Made by a program: the position numbers and the translations under genes. The notes under the pieces are model-generated. The model saw only the letters and a list, made by a program, of their open reading frames with translations. It ran no database searches and was not told the DNA's origin. A stretch of DNA of 63,799 nt, filler included, from Octopus bimaculoides (lineage: Eukaryota): assembly GCF_001194135.2 (NCBI RefSeq). It is 6 parts of 6 records of this genome, joined end to end, with 100 filler letters (N's around TTAATTAATTAA, not from the genome) between each part and the next. Parts side by side here need not be neighbours in the genome. Positions count along the whole stretch, not along the records: positions 1 to 17,910 come from NC_068981.1; positions 18,011 to 49,440 come from NC_069000.1; 4 more parts are not named here. The stretch is one strand, 5' to 3'. How positions within the stretch are numbered: the stretch's first letter is position 1; each line of letters begins with the position of its first letter. Below are positions 14,250-26,778 of the stretch, piece after piece.

Positions 14250-15137
14250 NNNNNNNNNNNNNNNNNNNNNNNNNNNNNNNNNNNNNNNNNNNNNNNNNNN
14301 NNNNNNNNNNNNNNNNNNNNNNNNNNNNNNNNNNNNNNNNNNNNNNNNNNNNNNNNNNNNNNNNNNNNNNNNNNNNNNNNNNNNNNNNNNNNNNNNNNNN
14401 NNNNNNNNNNNNNNNNNNNNNNNNNNNNNNNNNNNNNNNNNNNNNNNNNNNNNNNNNNNNNNNNNNNNNNNNNNNNNNNNNNNNNNNNNNNNNNNNNNNN
14501 NNNNNNNNNNNNNNNNNNNNNNNNNNNNNNNNNNNNNNNNNNNNNNNNNNNNNNNNNNNNNNNATTATGGTATTCACCAAAACCTGGTCGCTTAAGAAGT
14601 TTTCGCAATTCAAAGTTTGATATCGAATGTTAATACTATTCAGCCATGATAAGGGACAAATTTAGCTGAAGGTGTATGGCTAAAAACAGGTGATCTAGTT
14701 TTATATAAATACAATGAGCAAATTCCTCCTACTCCTTTCCTTTTTATTTTTTCCATCTTTTTTCCCTTTTCTTTTCTTCTTTGCTTCTCTCCTCTCTTCC
14801 TATCTTCATTTACGTTAAGACGCAACGAATATATGCGCTACGAGAAGGAAAGGAAAATGTCCTGTAGGCCAGGAAACCCAAAAAAGTTTCGCATGGAAGA
14901 AAAGAATGAAAGGCGAAAAAGACAAAACGGTGTAAAACAAAACCATGTTGAAAATAAAGAGCGAGAGAAGCGCGAGTGAACGAGTCTGCAATCAGGTGGA
15001 AAGGGAAACGGAACTGGGAGATAAAAATTATCACGGATCGCATGGTAGTGGAGTGACAGGGGGTTAAGTTGGTGTGAGAGGGAAGGAGAGAGTGATGAAG
15101 GCAAAAGAAAAAAAAACGAGAGGGAAAAGAGAGAGAA

Positions 15138-15206
<69 letters not shown>

Positions 15207-15589
15207 TGCCCGAGATGAATGCATCTGGGTCTGTGTCGAATTTGCCTCGACTTTGTGAAATTTATACTCTTTCAGGAGAGATTATGAGCTATATTGATAT
15301 TATGCCATTAGTGAAGTTGTCGTTTGTTGGAGGCAGTTGGTCACGAGATCAGAGAACTATGTTGTTTTATTAATAACAGCAGCGCTAAATGTTTAGGCTT
15401 TATTAGGCCAATGAAAATTGTATGTTGTAGAATACGTAACATTGGGAATCATGTCCGTGCATCAAAACATGTCCCAGAATTAACGATAATTGCACCAGAA
15501 ATCAAGTGTGAATGTTTCAAGTGAATTTTGAAAAACAGTCAAATAGTTTACTTGCTGGTTAACATGAATATGCACAGTTTGTGTGTTAT

Positions 15590-16100
15590 GATCCGAGTTG
15601 TAATTGTATAAAGCTTCTGTTTGATAATTTGTTATAGTTTATTCGGTTCTGGTTTGTATTTTCCAAAATACATAGGCATTTTTTTGTTTTTCTGTATTTC
15701 AGTTTCTACACGGTATATTGGGAAAACTGGGAATTCTGATAATTTTTTTTGCTGCAATTATGATTCTCTAACTCTGCCAATTCGCTGCCTAGTAGGTAAT
15801 TTTTGAAGGATTTTCGTTGACTTTTCCTGTTGAATATTTTGTATAATTCAAGTGCTTCTTTCGTTCCTGGGGTTTGCTTTAATAATGGAATATTTTGATG
15901 GATAATGTTGCATGCTTTTGTTTCTTTTGTTGTATGTTGAGACGTACGTTAGAGCATTTTCTGTATTTTAATAGTTTTGTTTTCTTTTGTCCTTCGTAAT
16001 TTTTGAATGCTTATTGCTTTGGTGCGTTCTATTCCTCTATCAATCAATTTTGTTCGGCAGAGTTTTCCAAATGGTATTTGCTTTCCGCACATCTAAATAC
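15590..16100 (-). mobile_element. Second decayed, internally deleted Penelope-like fragment
   Basis: Minus strand: LIDRGIERTKAISIQKLRRTK..LTYVSTYN..NIIHQNIPLLK.., then FPVFPIYR..KYKPEPN, resembling the PLE linker and EN C-terminus. Confidence 0.55.
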
Positions 16101-16813
16101 ACTGTGACAACAAAGGGAACAGGCAATCCACTATTGTACTTGATATTTTCACACAAAATTACATAGACTAGCATAAAGAGAGACAATAAAACTATTTCTA
16201 TAATGTTATCGTTTCTAATAGAGTTTTGTGTTCATGTCACATCACATATTCACTGGAAATTATATTGCCTTTCTTTTTGGTAAAACTAGCCAGTAACTTA
16301 ATATGCAGACCTAAATCGCAAGCGCGATCGCTAGCCACTCTGCAATATTTTTAGCAGCTTCAGCTAAACAAATTGCACTTAAACTAATAGCAATCTATAT
16401 AAAAATTGAGGGGAATGGAAGCAAACATTTATGAAGACTCACAGTTAACTGTCAACCTTACATTTATTTAAACTTCCGGTGTGCACTGACTGTTTACTCA
16501 GTGCTAGTCTACACGGATTTCACGGGAATTCGATCTAACGTCCCGTGGTATAGTGCAAGTTGCAGAGAAAGCGCAAATTATGCTGAAATTCGATGATACA
16601 GCACTCTTAACTACAGCCGATAGTGAAATATAGTGAGCCGACATTATCTGTTTTTTTTTCTCACCAAACATCTATATACAATAATTTCTCAGGGCTATTG
16701 GCACAGTTTATGATGTTTAACACTGCACATCCAAAGTAATCTGGAGGTGCAAAAAATAAATATGTATGTATATGTGTATTTGTATATATCTATACATATA
16801 TATGCATATATAC

Positions 16814-16918
<105 letters not shown>

Positions 16919-17163
16919 AATATAAATAGAGAGAGAGAGAAGGAAAGAGAGGAGGTATAAGATAAATGTGCTAAATAAATATATTCAGCTACCTCATCCC
17001 TTCGTATTTTATAAACGCACACTGAAATATTCGTTAATAATTGGATTTTCTGGATTTAAACTGCATTGGACTAGACATTATACCCTTTTGCTTTGGTTCA
17101 TTTGGTTTGTCGTCGCATCCACCAAAAGAACTTTTTTAATTAGTACAACTAGTTTAGGTAAAT

Positions 17164-17199
<36 letters not shown>

Positions 17200-17910
17200 T
17201 TGTGTATTATTACATAAAACTTTTGTAAATGTTGAGATTTTCTTTTTTTTGTGAGGAGGCTCAGGAATTCTTAATATGTAAAGGATTTTAGCGGAGTTTT
17301 CTAATATATTAACTATGTATTTCTTTTATGGCATCTCTGGAGCCAGTCCACTTAGAAATATCGTAAATGAGTGTGCATGCGGATTTCAGATTTGAAAGGA
17401 AGACTTGGTTTGAAATTTGCTCATTTGATATTGTCTATCATACGTAATTTACCAGCTAACATCTTGTGGTATAATCATGTTCTTTGTAAACATATTACCC
17501 GCATATTACTGCATCTACCTAAAGTATTCTATAATTTAGTCCGTTTTTAAGGGGTTGGCTTTGAGAGTTGCATTTCCTCGCATTCGGTAAAAATGTGTTT
17601 TTTATAGTAGTCTGACCTTAGAGTCCCTCATGGCGTGAGGCGTTATTGTATAGTAATGCCATTATATAAATATAAATATATATTTCGGGAATAAATGATG
17701 GATTTTTTCCCTTATGAGGTTTTTTCACGCTAGCTACTTGATAAATTCTTGTAAAAGAATTCGTCCTATTATTGAATTTAAATATATTACCAGAATATAT
17801 TCAGTGCTGAATTTATTCTGAGTAAGAGGCATATTTACCGAGATGCAATTCGAAATTCCCTCCACTTACATAGGGAAATAGCGATGAACAGTCGTCTATA
17901 TGCTATGCTG

Positions 17911-18010
17911 NNNNNNNNNNNNNNNNNNNNNNNNNNNNNNNNNNNNNNNNNNNNTTAATTAATTAANNNNNNNNNNNNNNNNNNNNNNNNNNNNNNNNNN
18001 NNNNNNNNNN
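17911..18010. other. 100-bp scaffold spacer N44-TTAATTAATTAA-N44 (assembly artefact); same linker at 49485, 57970, 60631 and 61909
   Basis: An identical 12-mer with stops in all six frames is centred in N runs five times. Confidence 0.95.
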
Positions 18011-18157
18011 ATGCTGCAGTCAACCCTGCCAATCATCATAACAAAGCAAGCGGGGTGAGGTGGGGTAGGGGTGAAGCGTGCTCGAAAATAGCAGCCAAAC
18101 CACCCTCACATTACCCCGTATTGTATTTTTAAAAAAAACGGGGTCGTTATGATTGTA

Positions 18158-18369
18158 CAGGGTGTCCACAAAGTCTGGGTACATGGGGATTAACACATAC
18201 TTTAAGAAATTATCATTTCTTATATTTAATTGTTTACGTTATGATTTTATTTACTCCATGTACCCACATAGGGATTAACACATACTTTAAGAAATTGTTA
18301 TTTCTTATATGTAATTGTTTATGTTACGATTTTATTTACTCCATGTACCCAGATTTTGTGGATACCCTG
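18158..18369. mobile_element. Tc1/mariner-type MITE with an internal tandem duplication
   Basis: TA|CAGGGTGTCCACAAAGTCTGGGTACATGG ... CCATGTACCCAGATTTTGTGGATACCCTG. Core of about 80 bp is present twice. Same family as 23044-23170. Confidence 0.88.
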
Positions 18370-18685
18370 CAGAATGTTATTGACTTTATTTTGATTACGA
18401 AAGAATATTTATTTTATTTACTGTGTTATGCGTATTTACATATCATCTGTCTGTCTCTCTGTCTCTCTCTGTCTCTCTGTCTCTCTCTGTCTCTCTGTCT
18501 CTCTGTCTCTCTCTGTCTCTCTCTCTTTCTCTGTCTGTCTCTGTCTCTGTCTCTCTCTCTTACGCATACATCCGCTAAGCATTCTTCGGGTGATCTGACT
18601 ATATACGTCCTTTAGAAAAGACCCTACAAAACATCGGCAACACCACCGCCGCCACCATCCCCTACACTACCTCCACCACCAACTA

Positions 18686-18821
18686 ATGCTGCAGTCAACC
18701 CTGCCAATCATCATAACAAAGCAAGCGGGGTGAGGTGGGGTAGGGGTGAAGCGTGCTCGAAAATAGCAGCCAAACCACCCTCACATTACCCCGTATTGTA
18801 TTTTTAAAAAAAACGGGGTCG
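18686..18821 (+). repeat. 136-bp exact duplicate of 18011-18146
   Basis: Direct comparison. The first copy abuts a gap, so a misassembly is likely. Confidence 0.85.
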
Positions 18822-19986
18822 GGACGCGGTAGATATTGTGTTCTTGAGTTCCCCGCACAAAAGAAAAAAAAGGGAAACACAAAAACAAGAAAAAGGGAAA
18901 GATGGGATGATCACAGCTAAAATGACTTTGATCGTATGTATGCCTATGCTCGATCAGGGCTGACCTTGGGCTAAACAAGAACGACAACAACATCGTCTTA
19001 GGTTTGTGCATGGTTGACGGTTTTATCTCTGCTGCCATAAAGATAATAGTTACCCTTTAGACCTTTCTCTACCCTTTCTCTACCCTTTCNNNNNNNNNNN
19101 NNNNNNNNNNNNNNNNNNNNNNNNNNNNNNNNNNNNNNNNNNNNNNNNNNNNNNNNNNNNNNNNNNNNNNNNNNNNNNNNNNNNNNNNNNNNNNNNNNNN
19201 NNNNNNNNNNNNNNNNNNNNNNNNNNNNNNNNNNNNNNNNNNNNNNNNNNNNNNNNNNNNNNNNNNNNNNNNNNNNNNNNNNNNNNNNNNNNNNNNNNNN
19301 NNNNNNNNNNNNNNNNNNNNNNNNNNNNNNNNNNNNNNNNNNNNNNNNNNNNNNNNNNNNNNNNNNNNNNNNNNNNNNNNNNNNNNNNNNNNNNNNNNNN
19401 NNNNNNNNNNNNNNNNNNNNNNNNNNNNNNNNNNNNNNNNNNNNNNNNNNNNNNNNNNNNNNNNNNNNNNNNNNNNNNNNNNNNNNNNNNNNNNNNNNNN
19501 NNNNNNNNNNNNNNNNNNNNNNNNNNNNNNNNNNNNNNNNNNNNNNNNNNNNNNNNNNNNNNNNNNNNNNNNNNNNNNNNNNNNNNNNNNNNNNNNNNNN
19601 NNNNNNNNNNNNNNNNNNNNNNNNNNNNNNNNNNNNNNNNNNNNNNNNNNNNNNNNNNNNNNNNNNNNNNNNNNNNNNNNNNNNNNNNNNNNNNNNNNNN
19701 NNNNNNNNNNNNNNNNNNNNNNNNNNNNNNNNNNNNNNNNNNNNNNNNNNNNNNNNNNNNNNNNNNNNNNNNNNNNNNNNNNNNNNNNNNNNNNNNNTAT
19801 ATATATAAACATATACAGTGGCGGACTGACCAGGTTGCCACCTTGCCTGGTGGCAAGCGGGCCCCTGCACCATTAGAATCCATATATGGATTATGGAACC
19901 TGGCATGGCCCCTGGCATGGCCCCTGGCATTACCAGCTCCTGCCGGGCCCTCCAACCTATGCCAGAATGGAAAATGGACGTTAAAC

Positions 19987-20024
<38 letters not shown>

Positions 20025-20400
20025 GATGATAATGATACATACATCCATAGAAACAAACATGAATTCACAAACACACATACACACACACACACATGCGCAT
20101 ACACACATGCATATGCATAATTACATACACATAGAATGGTTTGTCTCTATAAGTCTTTTCTTTTTCTGAATAGGCATGATTTTAGAGATATTTGGCTGTT
20201 ATTTATGGCAAGCAAAGTGACAATGTAGAGGCCCCTCATAATTTCATAGTTCCTTCTGTTCTACACTCGGTGGATTAAGATAAGATTGATCATCTATATT
20301 CCATATTCTAACTTTTCTTAGAGAGAGAAATTGATTGTTCAATATATCTCTTTTCTGAATTCCAATATCTAACTATTGTGTGTGATTATCTTACTTTTAA

Positions 20401-20451
20401 CATTTTTCTTATTCTTTTCTCAGCAGGTTTAAAAGAATGCTGCAAGACTAG
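20401..20451 (+). promoter_or_regulatory. Probable 3' splice site in the 5' UTR of the SMYD-like gene (tandem CAGCAG) followed by a 4-codon uORF
   Basis: catttttcttattcttttctCAGCAG|G at 20401-20427, then ATG CTG CAA GAC TAG at 20437-20451. Confidence 0.5.
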
Positions 20452-20620
20452 TCAGAAGGAGAACAAACTCTGGAATCTATATTCGAAAAACCAAAACTAT
20501 ACATAGTCTAAGACTGTATATATAAAAGTGTGGACGTCTGAGTTTTGAATCATATTGTGTTTGAAGTAAGATTAGAGCTGAAGCACATTTAGATTTTGAT
20601 TAATACCAGAAAACATAACG

Positions 20621-21404
20621 ATGGAGGCTATTGAGAGGCAGGCAGATAAACAAATCGAAAATAAGAATTATTCAGAGGCGATTAAGAAGTTTGATTCTCT
20701 GTTAACAAATCCCATCATTGAACCGCAGTACCTTTACAAGCGTGCCAAATGTCATTATCATCTAAACGTTTTTCAAAACGCACAGGCAGACATTAAAGAA
20801 GCAATCTCAAATGGATTAACAACTAGTCCTGTTTATATTTTGGCTGGTAAAATAGCTGCCAAACAAGCAAAATATGAAGAAGCCCTTACTTATTACAAGA
20901 ACGTTCTTAAGACCGAACCTGGTAACCCCGAAGTAATTGCAGACCTGAAAACGATTCAGAAGGAAATTCTTGATACGTATGAAGCAAATTCCAAAGATGG
21001 TGAAACAGAGGAAGAAAACTTGAGTCCAACGAAATTCTGTACCCAGGACATTTACCCAGGGGACGATCTTCTTCTGAAGAATGAGAAAGAGATTCTTGAA
21101 GTAAATTATAAGATTGTATCTGAGGTAAATGAGTCTGAGGATGATCCCAGATTAAGTTTTTTGCCTGCACATATGAAGAACCCAGCCAAATTAGCAATTC
21201 AGGGTCAGACTTGTCAAATGCGAGGCCAGTTGGAAGAAGCGATGCAGTTCTTTGATATGGCTATTCTGTTAGATAAAACGAACCACAATTTTCGTTTATT
21301 TAAAGCAAGACTTTGCTTTCAGATGGAAAAAAATTTAGAATCCTTACAACAACTCTGGTTAATACCTAAATCTTTAAGGAATCATGAAATCTGGAAACTT
21401 GGAG
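20621..21404 (+). CDS. Coding exon 1 of TPR + SET/MYND (SMYD-family) lysine methyltransferase-like gene; TPR repeats and acidic linker
   Basis: ORF from ATG 20621 has TPR-like helices (YSEAIKKFDSLL..YLYKRAKCHYHL..VYILAGKIAAKQAKYEEALTYYKNVLKTEPGN; later GQLEEAMQFFDMAILLDKTN). Donor GGAG|GTATGT at 21405, phase 1. Confidence 0.92.
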
Positions 21405-21446
21405 GTATGTATGATTTTTAGTTTGGTCTGATAATGATTTTGGGGA

Positions 21447-21503
<57 letters not shown>

Positions 21504-21740
21504 CTTTGTGTGTCTGTCCGCCTGTCTGTCAGTCTGCCTGTCTCTATTTATTTATCTATCTATCTACCTGCTTACCTACCTATTGATCTACCAGTCTACC
21601 TACATACATACATACCTACCTACTTACCTTCCCACATACCCACCCACCCACCTACCTACCTACCTTTTGATCTCTCTATCTATCTAGCTACCAATCTCTC
21701 TATCTGTTAATATCTCTCTATCAACCTTTTCCTATTACAG

Positions 21741-22254
21741 GACTGATTGTAAAAGATTTAGATCTGCCGGTTCTGGCTGAATTCTGGATTCGTAAGGCCA
21801 CACAGTTTTCAAACAATGCTGATGAAGAGTGCAAGATTGCTTTCCAACAAATCCGTATTAAACGTCTCTACTCTCCACTTTGTATAGACTTTCCGGTAGA
21901 AGTAGTTTTTTCCCGCTATGGAAAAGCTGTTGTAGCTACAAGAGACATCGACGCGAATGGTGTCATCTTCAAGGACTGTCCATTGGTCATCGGGCAAGCC
22001 ACAGACACCCTCACATCTTCTCCCACGTGTGATAACTGTGGCTATTCGCTGATGGAGCCGAAGCATTATTTCGGTGATAAACTGAACACAATGAAAGAGG
22101 ATTTAAAAGAGTTAATTGAGTCATACTGGCCAAAGAGGTTCACGGTGGGTTGCGAGGATTGCTACCGTGAGAACTACTGCAGCAAGGCTTGTCGAACAGA
22201 AGCAATGGAAGGTTACCACCGAGTGTTATGCCCAAAGAACAATCCAGCTGCCAG
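21741..22254 (+). CDS. Coding exon 2: end of TPR region, SET-N (YGKAVVATRDI), split MYND finger (CDNC..CEDC..YCSKAC..HRVLC)
   Basis: Acceptor ttttcctattacAG|GA at 21739-40 joins in phase 1. Frame is open to donor AG|GTGAGT at 22255, phase 2. Confidence 0.92.
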
Positions 22255-22449
22255 GTGAGTAACCTTCATAATGTGATGGTGGTGGTGGTGGTGGTGGTGG
22301 TGATAGTGGTAATGTGTGTGTGTGTGAAGAGATTCAACCAAAATCAGAACAGCAGCTTTTGAGAAGAGAAAATTCAAATTGAAATTATTAAAAGGTTATA
22401 TAATATACTTCACTGCAATTCATCTAATTATCACAAACGAGAAAATGTT

Positions 22450-22545
22450 GGTTTAAGATTTTGGCACAAGGCCAGTAATTTTGGGGGGAGGGGGTAATTC
22501 AATTTCATCGAGCTCAGAACTCAGCTGGTACTTATTTTATCAACC
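22450..22545 (-). mobile_element. SINE family B fragment, antisense in SMYD-like intron 2
   Basis: ttttggcacaaggccagtaattttgggggg..ctggtacttattttatcaaccc. Confidence 0.7.
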
Positions 22546-23043
22546 CTGTAAGGTTGATAAAATAAGTACCAGTAAGATGTCAGTGTTATTTTCATTTTTG
22601 CATAATTTAGATGACTATTTTTTCACTGCACCCTGTATGTTTGTCTGAATCATGAGTTTGTGTGGTTGTATCTCTAATACCATGTGTCAGGCTATTTATG
22701 CGATTTATATTGGTAGACGTTACCTTTATTTGATGGATACTAGGAATGAAGACCCAAATATGGCACCAAAATTGGGTTTCCAGTCTGAGGTAACTTTCTC
22801 CTTCACTTCCACCATACTCAGAAGACTTGAAATGGATAATGAGTCCTGCCTGTCTTCCTTAAACAAATTCATTATCTGAGAAAGAAAATAAGAACTACTA
22901 ATTGACATTTGCTGGCCACAAAATAAACTGAATTTATATTGTGGTATAACTCTTTATATTAAAGTGGACTGTTTATAAAGTGGACCATTATAAAGTATGA
23001 GTTCTCTCCCCGTTATCACAGAATACTCATTTACTCCATTCTA

Positions 23044-23170
23044 CAGGGTGTCCACAAAGTCTGGGTACATGGGGATTAACACATACTTTAAGAAATTATT
23101 ATTTCTTATATTTAATTGTTTATGTTATGTTTTTATTTACTCCATGTATCCAGACTTTGTGGACACCCTG
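23044..23170. mobile_element. 127-bp Tc1/mariner-type MITE in intron 2 of the SMYD-like gene
   Basis: 29-bp TIRs (28/29 match) and TA on both sides. Confidence 0.92.
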
Positions 23171-23211
23171 TATAACCATTTTATACATAGTATTTATTTA
23201 CACTAAATCAG

Positions 23212-23745
23212 AAAGCTGGGAGAATTGATAACAAGCCAGGTAAAATGCTTAATGACATTTCATCTGTCTTTACATTCTAAATTCAAATTATGCTGAGATC
23301 AACTTTGCCTTTCATCCTTTCGGAGTCGATAAAATAAGTACCAGTTGAGCAATGGAGTTGATGTAATCGACTGGCCCCCACTCCCCCGAAATTGCTAGCC
23401 TTGTCTCAGAATTTGAAACTCATATTTACTTACACTAAGGCAGCAAACTGGCCGAATCATTACCGCACTGGCTGAAATGCTTAACGGCATTTCTTCCGAC
23501 TTAGGTTGATGTAACAGACTTACTCCCACCTCTGAAATTGCTGGCCTTGTGCTAAAATTTGAAACCAGTATATACTTACAGTAAGGTGGTGATGTGGCAG
23601 AATTGTTAGCACATTTGACAAATTGTTTAGTGGCATTTCTTCTGGGTTCAAATCCCACTGAAGTCTACTTTGCCTTTCATCTTTCAGGGTCGATAAAATA
23701 AAGTACCAGTCAATTGGCGGTCTTGACCCCAAATTTGGAAACGTT
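23212..23745 (+). mobile_element. Three head-to-tail SINE family B copies (about 23212-23421, 23436-23568, 23582-23743)
   Basis: Recurrent gcagaat..aaatgctta..ctttgcctttcatc..gtcgataaaataagtaccag..ggccttgtg..aaatttgaaac. Confidence 0.75.
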
Positions 23746-23860
23746 ATTTGCTGCTGACAGAAACCATCACAAGTTTCCTTGGGTTCTGATGTTCCACCTT
23801 GTAATTGTATGTATGTATGTGATGTTGGTGGTGGTGGCAGTGGCAGTGGTGACGATAGTG

Positions 23861-23892
<32 letters not shown>

Positions 23893-24469
23893 GGCGATGG
23901 TGCTTAGTATGTTATGAGGATGGTAATCCCTCATAGTCCAAGAAAGAAGGTTCTGCAATTTTCTTGCTGACCAATCAGTACAAATTGATTTGTTTCTATT
24001 GATCAAATGTATGTGCTGTACATTAGATCACCAACTTCCATCAAATCAATGTTACCTGAACAGGTGCACTGTGTACCACAAATCAGGTGTCGAAGTGATA
24101 GTAGAGCAACATGAGATGATGCGTTTTGCTCAAGAACACAATGCACCACTCGTTCAAGGAACTAAAACCATGATCTCATGATTGTGACTGCGACACCCTA
24201 AACACTAGACCCTGCACCTTGGGCTGCATTTAGTACAGCATTTTAATATAGTCTGGTCAACTGTAAATAAATCTTCTGTAGAAATGTGCAATCACAACAC
24301 TCCAATCCAGATGTCCAGTTTACCACAGATGACCACTTCTAACCCACTCATGCTCCTAGTTTGTCCAACCAAGAGATTCTTGATTCATAACACTCCAGTC
24401 TGATTCTCTTTTCTTCAAAATGTCTTCTCAGCTCAATGTGTCTTCTTTTTTGCATTTCTTTACTTGCAG

Positions 24470-24679
24470 TCTGTTGTATGATGTTCGAGATGGTGATGGC
24501 TTGGCAGTCAACCCAGAAACAAGAATGCGAGAAGAGTACTGGGGTGGCCATTTCAGCCCCATGATTATTCCACGGATGTATGCTTCGATGATCAGCTACG
24601 CCCAGAAACTGATGGAGGAGGAAGGCCTCTCTGAACCCTCGCTCTTACATTGGTCAATATCTAAAGCCCCTTACAGAAG
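24470..24679 (+). CDS. Coding exon 3: SET-I region (SLLYDVRDG..HFSPMIIPRMYASM..KAPYR)
   Basis: Polypyrimidine acceptor tttctttacttgcAG|T at 24468-69 and donor AG|GTAAAT at 24680. Phases (2/2) match both neighbours. Confidence 0.88.
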
Positions 24680-24840
24680 GTAAATATGTTGGTGGTTCTG
24701 TTTATTTTCAAGTTTGAGAAAACATACATACACACATGCACATAAAATAAGCACACACTCACATATACATTCATATACATGCACACATATACGTATATAT
24801 ATACATATATATATATATATATACATATACATACATATAC

Positions 24841-24879
<39 letters not shown>

Positions 24880-25125
24880 NNNNNNNNNNNNNNNNNNNNN
24901 NNNNNNNNNNNNNNNNNNNNNNNNNNNNNNNNNNNNNNNNNNNNNNNNNNNNNNNNNNNNNNNNNNNNNNNNNNNNNNNNNNNNNNNNNCTAATTAATAA
25001 AGACTATTTCAATATCCTTGATGCAAATACTAATTACCATCTTGCATCATGATGCTAATTTTACTCTATTGTCTACTCTACATCTCCATTTCTTTCTCTC
25101 TCTCCACTCTTTCCTCTCTTTCTTT

Positions 25126-25186
<61 letters not shown>

Positions 25187-25234
25187 ATAATCTTCTCATT
25201 TTGCCTAAAATTGCATTTTCCTTTTATCCCCTAG

Positions 25235-25922
25235 GTTTGTGGCTTTCGGATCATCTAAAGCCGTCCAGAAGAATCCCCTATTTTATGATTTGCTTAAAGA
25301 CGTCTTCAAGAACTACAAAATCCCATATGAAATTACCAAGGCAGATTTCGATGGTCGGTACAACCAAGCCACGTGTAATCTGCAAGCGTTCAGCCCATAC
25401 ACGACGCCTTACCACAAATTCCTTGCCAATCTCCAAGAGGCCGAAATGGACATGACTATAGTGTCCATGATCAAGATGCTTGAGAAAAAACCACCACAAG
25501 CGTCTCTGGCCAGTCTCTTCCCACTGCATGCATGCACAAACCACTCTTGTGATAACAACGCTGATATATTAGATGGGGAGGTTCTTGGTCGGCCAGGGAT
25601 CTGGGTGATGGCACGGCGGCCCATTAGCAAGGGGGAAGAAATCCACATCACCTACATAGACACGGCGATGCAACAGAAGTTACGCCGTGCTTGGCTCTAT
25701 CGCTCTTTTCATTTCTGGTGTAAATGTCGCCGCTGTGAGTTTGAAGGAAGCGACCCAGACATTTGCACCAATTGTGAAAAGAAAGCTCCGGAAGGTAAAA
25801 AGTTTGCCGTTTGCAGCCAATGCAAAAAGGCCTGGTATTGTTCGACGAAGTGTCAAAAATCTTCATGGAAGAACGGCCATAAGACTATCTGTGAAAAGGC
25901 TGAACCAGTGAAAGGAAAGTAA
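25235..25922 (+). CDS. Coding exon 4: SET-C (LFPLHACTNHSC; GEEIHITY), post-SET (WCKCRRC), second MYND finger, stop
   Basis: Acceptor ttttatcccctAG|G at 25233-34, phase 2. Exons 784+514+210+688 = 2196 nt = 731 aa + stop, with no frame break. Confidence 0.93.
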
Positions 25923-25926
25923 TAAC

Positions 25927-26018
<92 letters not shown>

Positions 26019-26443
26019 TCACACACACATGTATACACACACACAAACACATACCTGCAATGTAGTCATCATTCATATACATACAAAGAATTATTCACAA
26101 ACTAGAATTATACTAAAACGTAAATAAGGAAGTTTCTACATGGTCACTTGTCCTCCCAGAAATAGCAGGCAAAACGCCCGCAAATCACACAGCGCTTACT
26201 TAAAGAACGAATGGAATACATTGTAAATGTAGTCTTAGAAATCCTTAAAAAAAGAAGGATGGTCATGGATGGAGTGCTTTTCATGTTAAGTAAGGTTGGT
26301 CAAGATTCACCATCATCACCATCAACCTGTGAACATTACTGTCTTGCGTCCGAGGATTCAGAGGACCAAAGACAAATGCACTCACTCACACACACACACA
26401 CACACGTATTTATATGTATCTATATATGTGTGTGTGTATGTGC

Positions 26444-26481
<38 letters not shown>

Positions 26482-26550
26482 GTGTGTACATATATACTTT
26501 TTGTTTTCGTATGTGTTCTTGCTCCACTTACATATATACATATATATATA

Positions 26551-26596
<46 letters not shown>

Positions 26597-26619
26597 TATG
26601 CACACACACACATACACAT

Positions 26620-26778
26620 AATGGATTACTTCCAGTTTCCATCTACTGAATCCACTCGCAAGGCTTTGGTTGGCGTGAAGATATGGTAGAAGACACTTGT
26701 CGAAAGTGCCACGTATTGGGGTTGAACCCAGAACCATGTGGTTGAGAAGCAAACTTCTTATCACACAGCCACACCTGT
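26620..26778 (-). mobile_element. SINE family A
   Basis: Reverse complement of the family A head. Confidence 0.75.

Noticed and set aside
17955-17966. Palindromic TTAATTAATTAA recurring five times
   Set aside because: It always sits in the middle of a 100-bp N spacer, so it is an assembly linker.
18011-18146. Exact 136-bp duplicate as a biological repeat
   Set aside because: It starts exactly at a gap edge, which points to an overlap misjoin.
19816-19975. GC-rich patch starting CAGTGGCGGA with three CCTGGCATGGCC-like repeats (hAT-like end, or MPGAMPGAMPG peptide)
   Set aside because: No matching second TIR or TSD is visible and it lies next to a gap; too little to classify.
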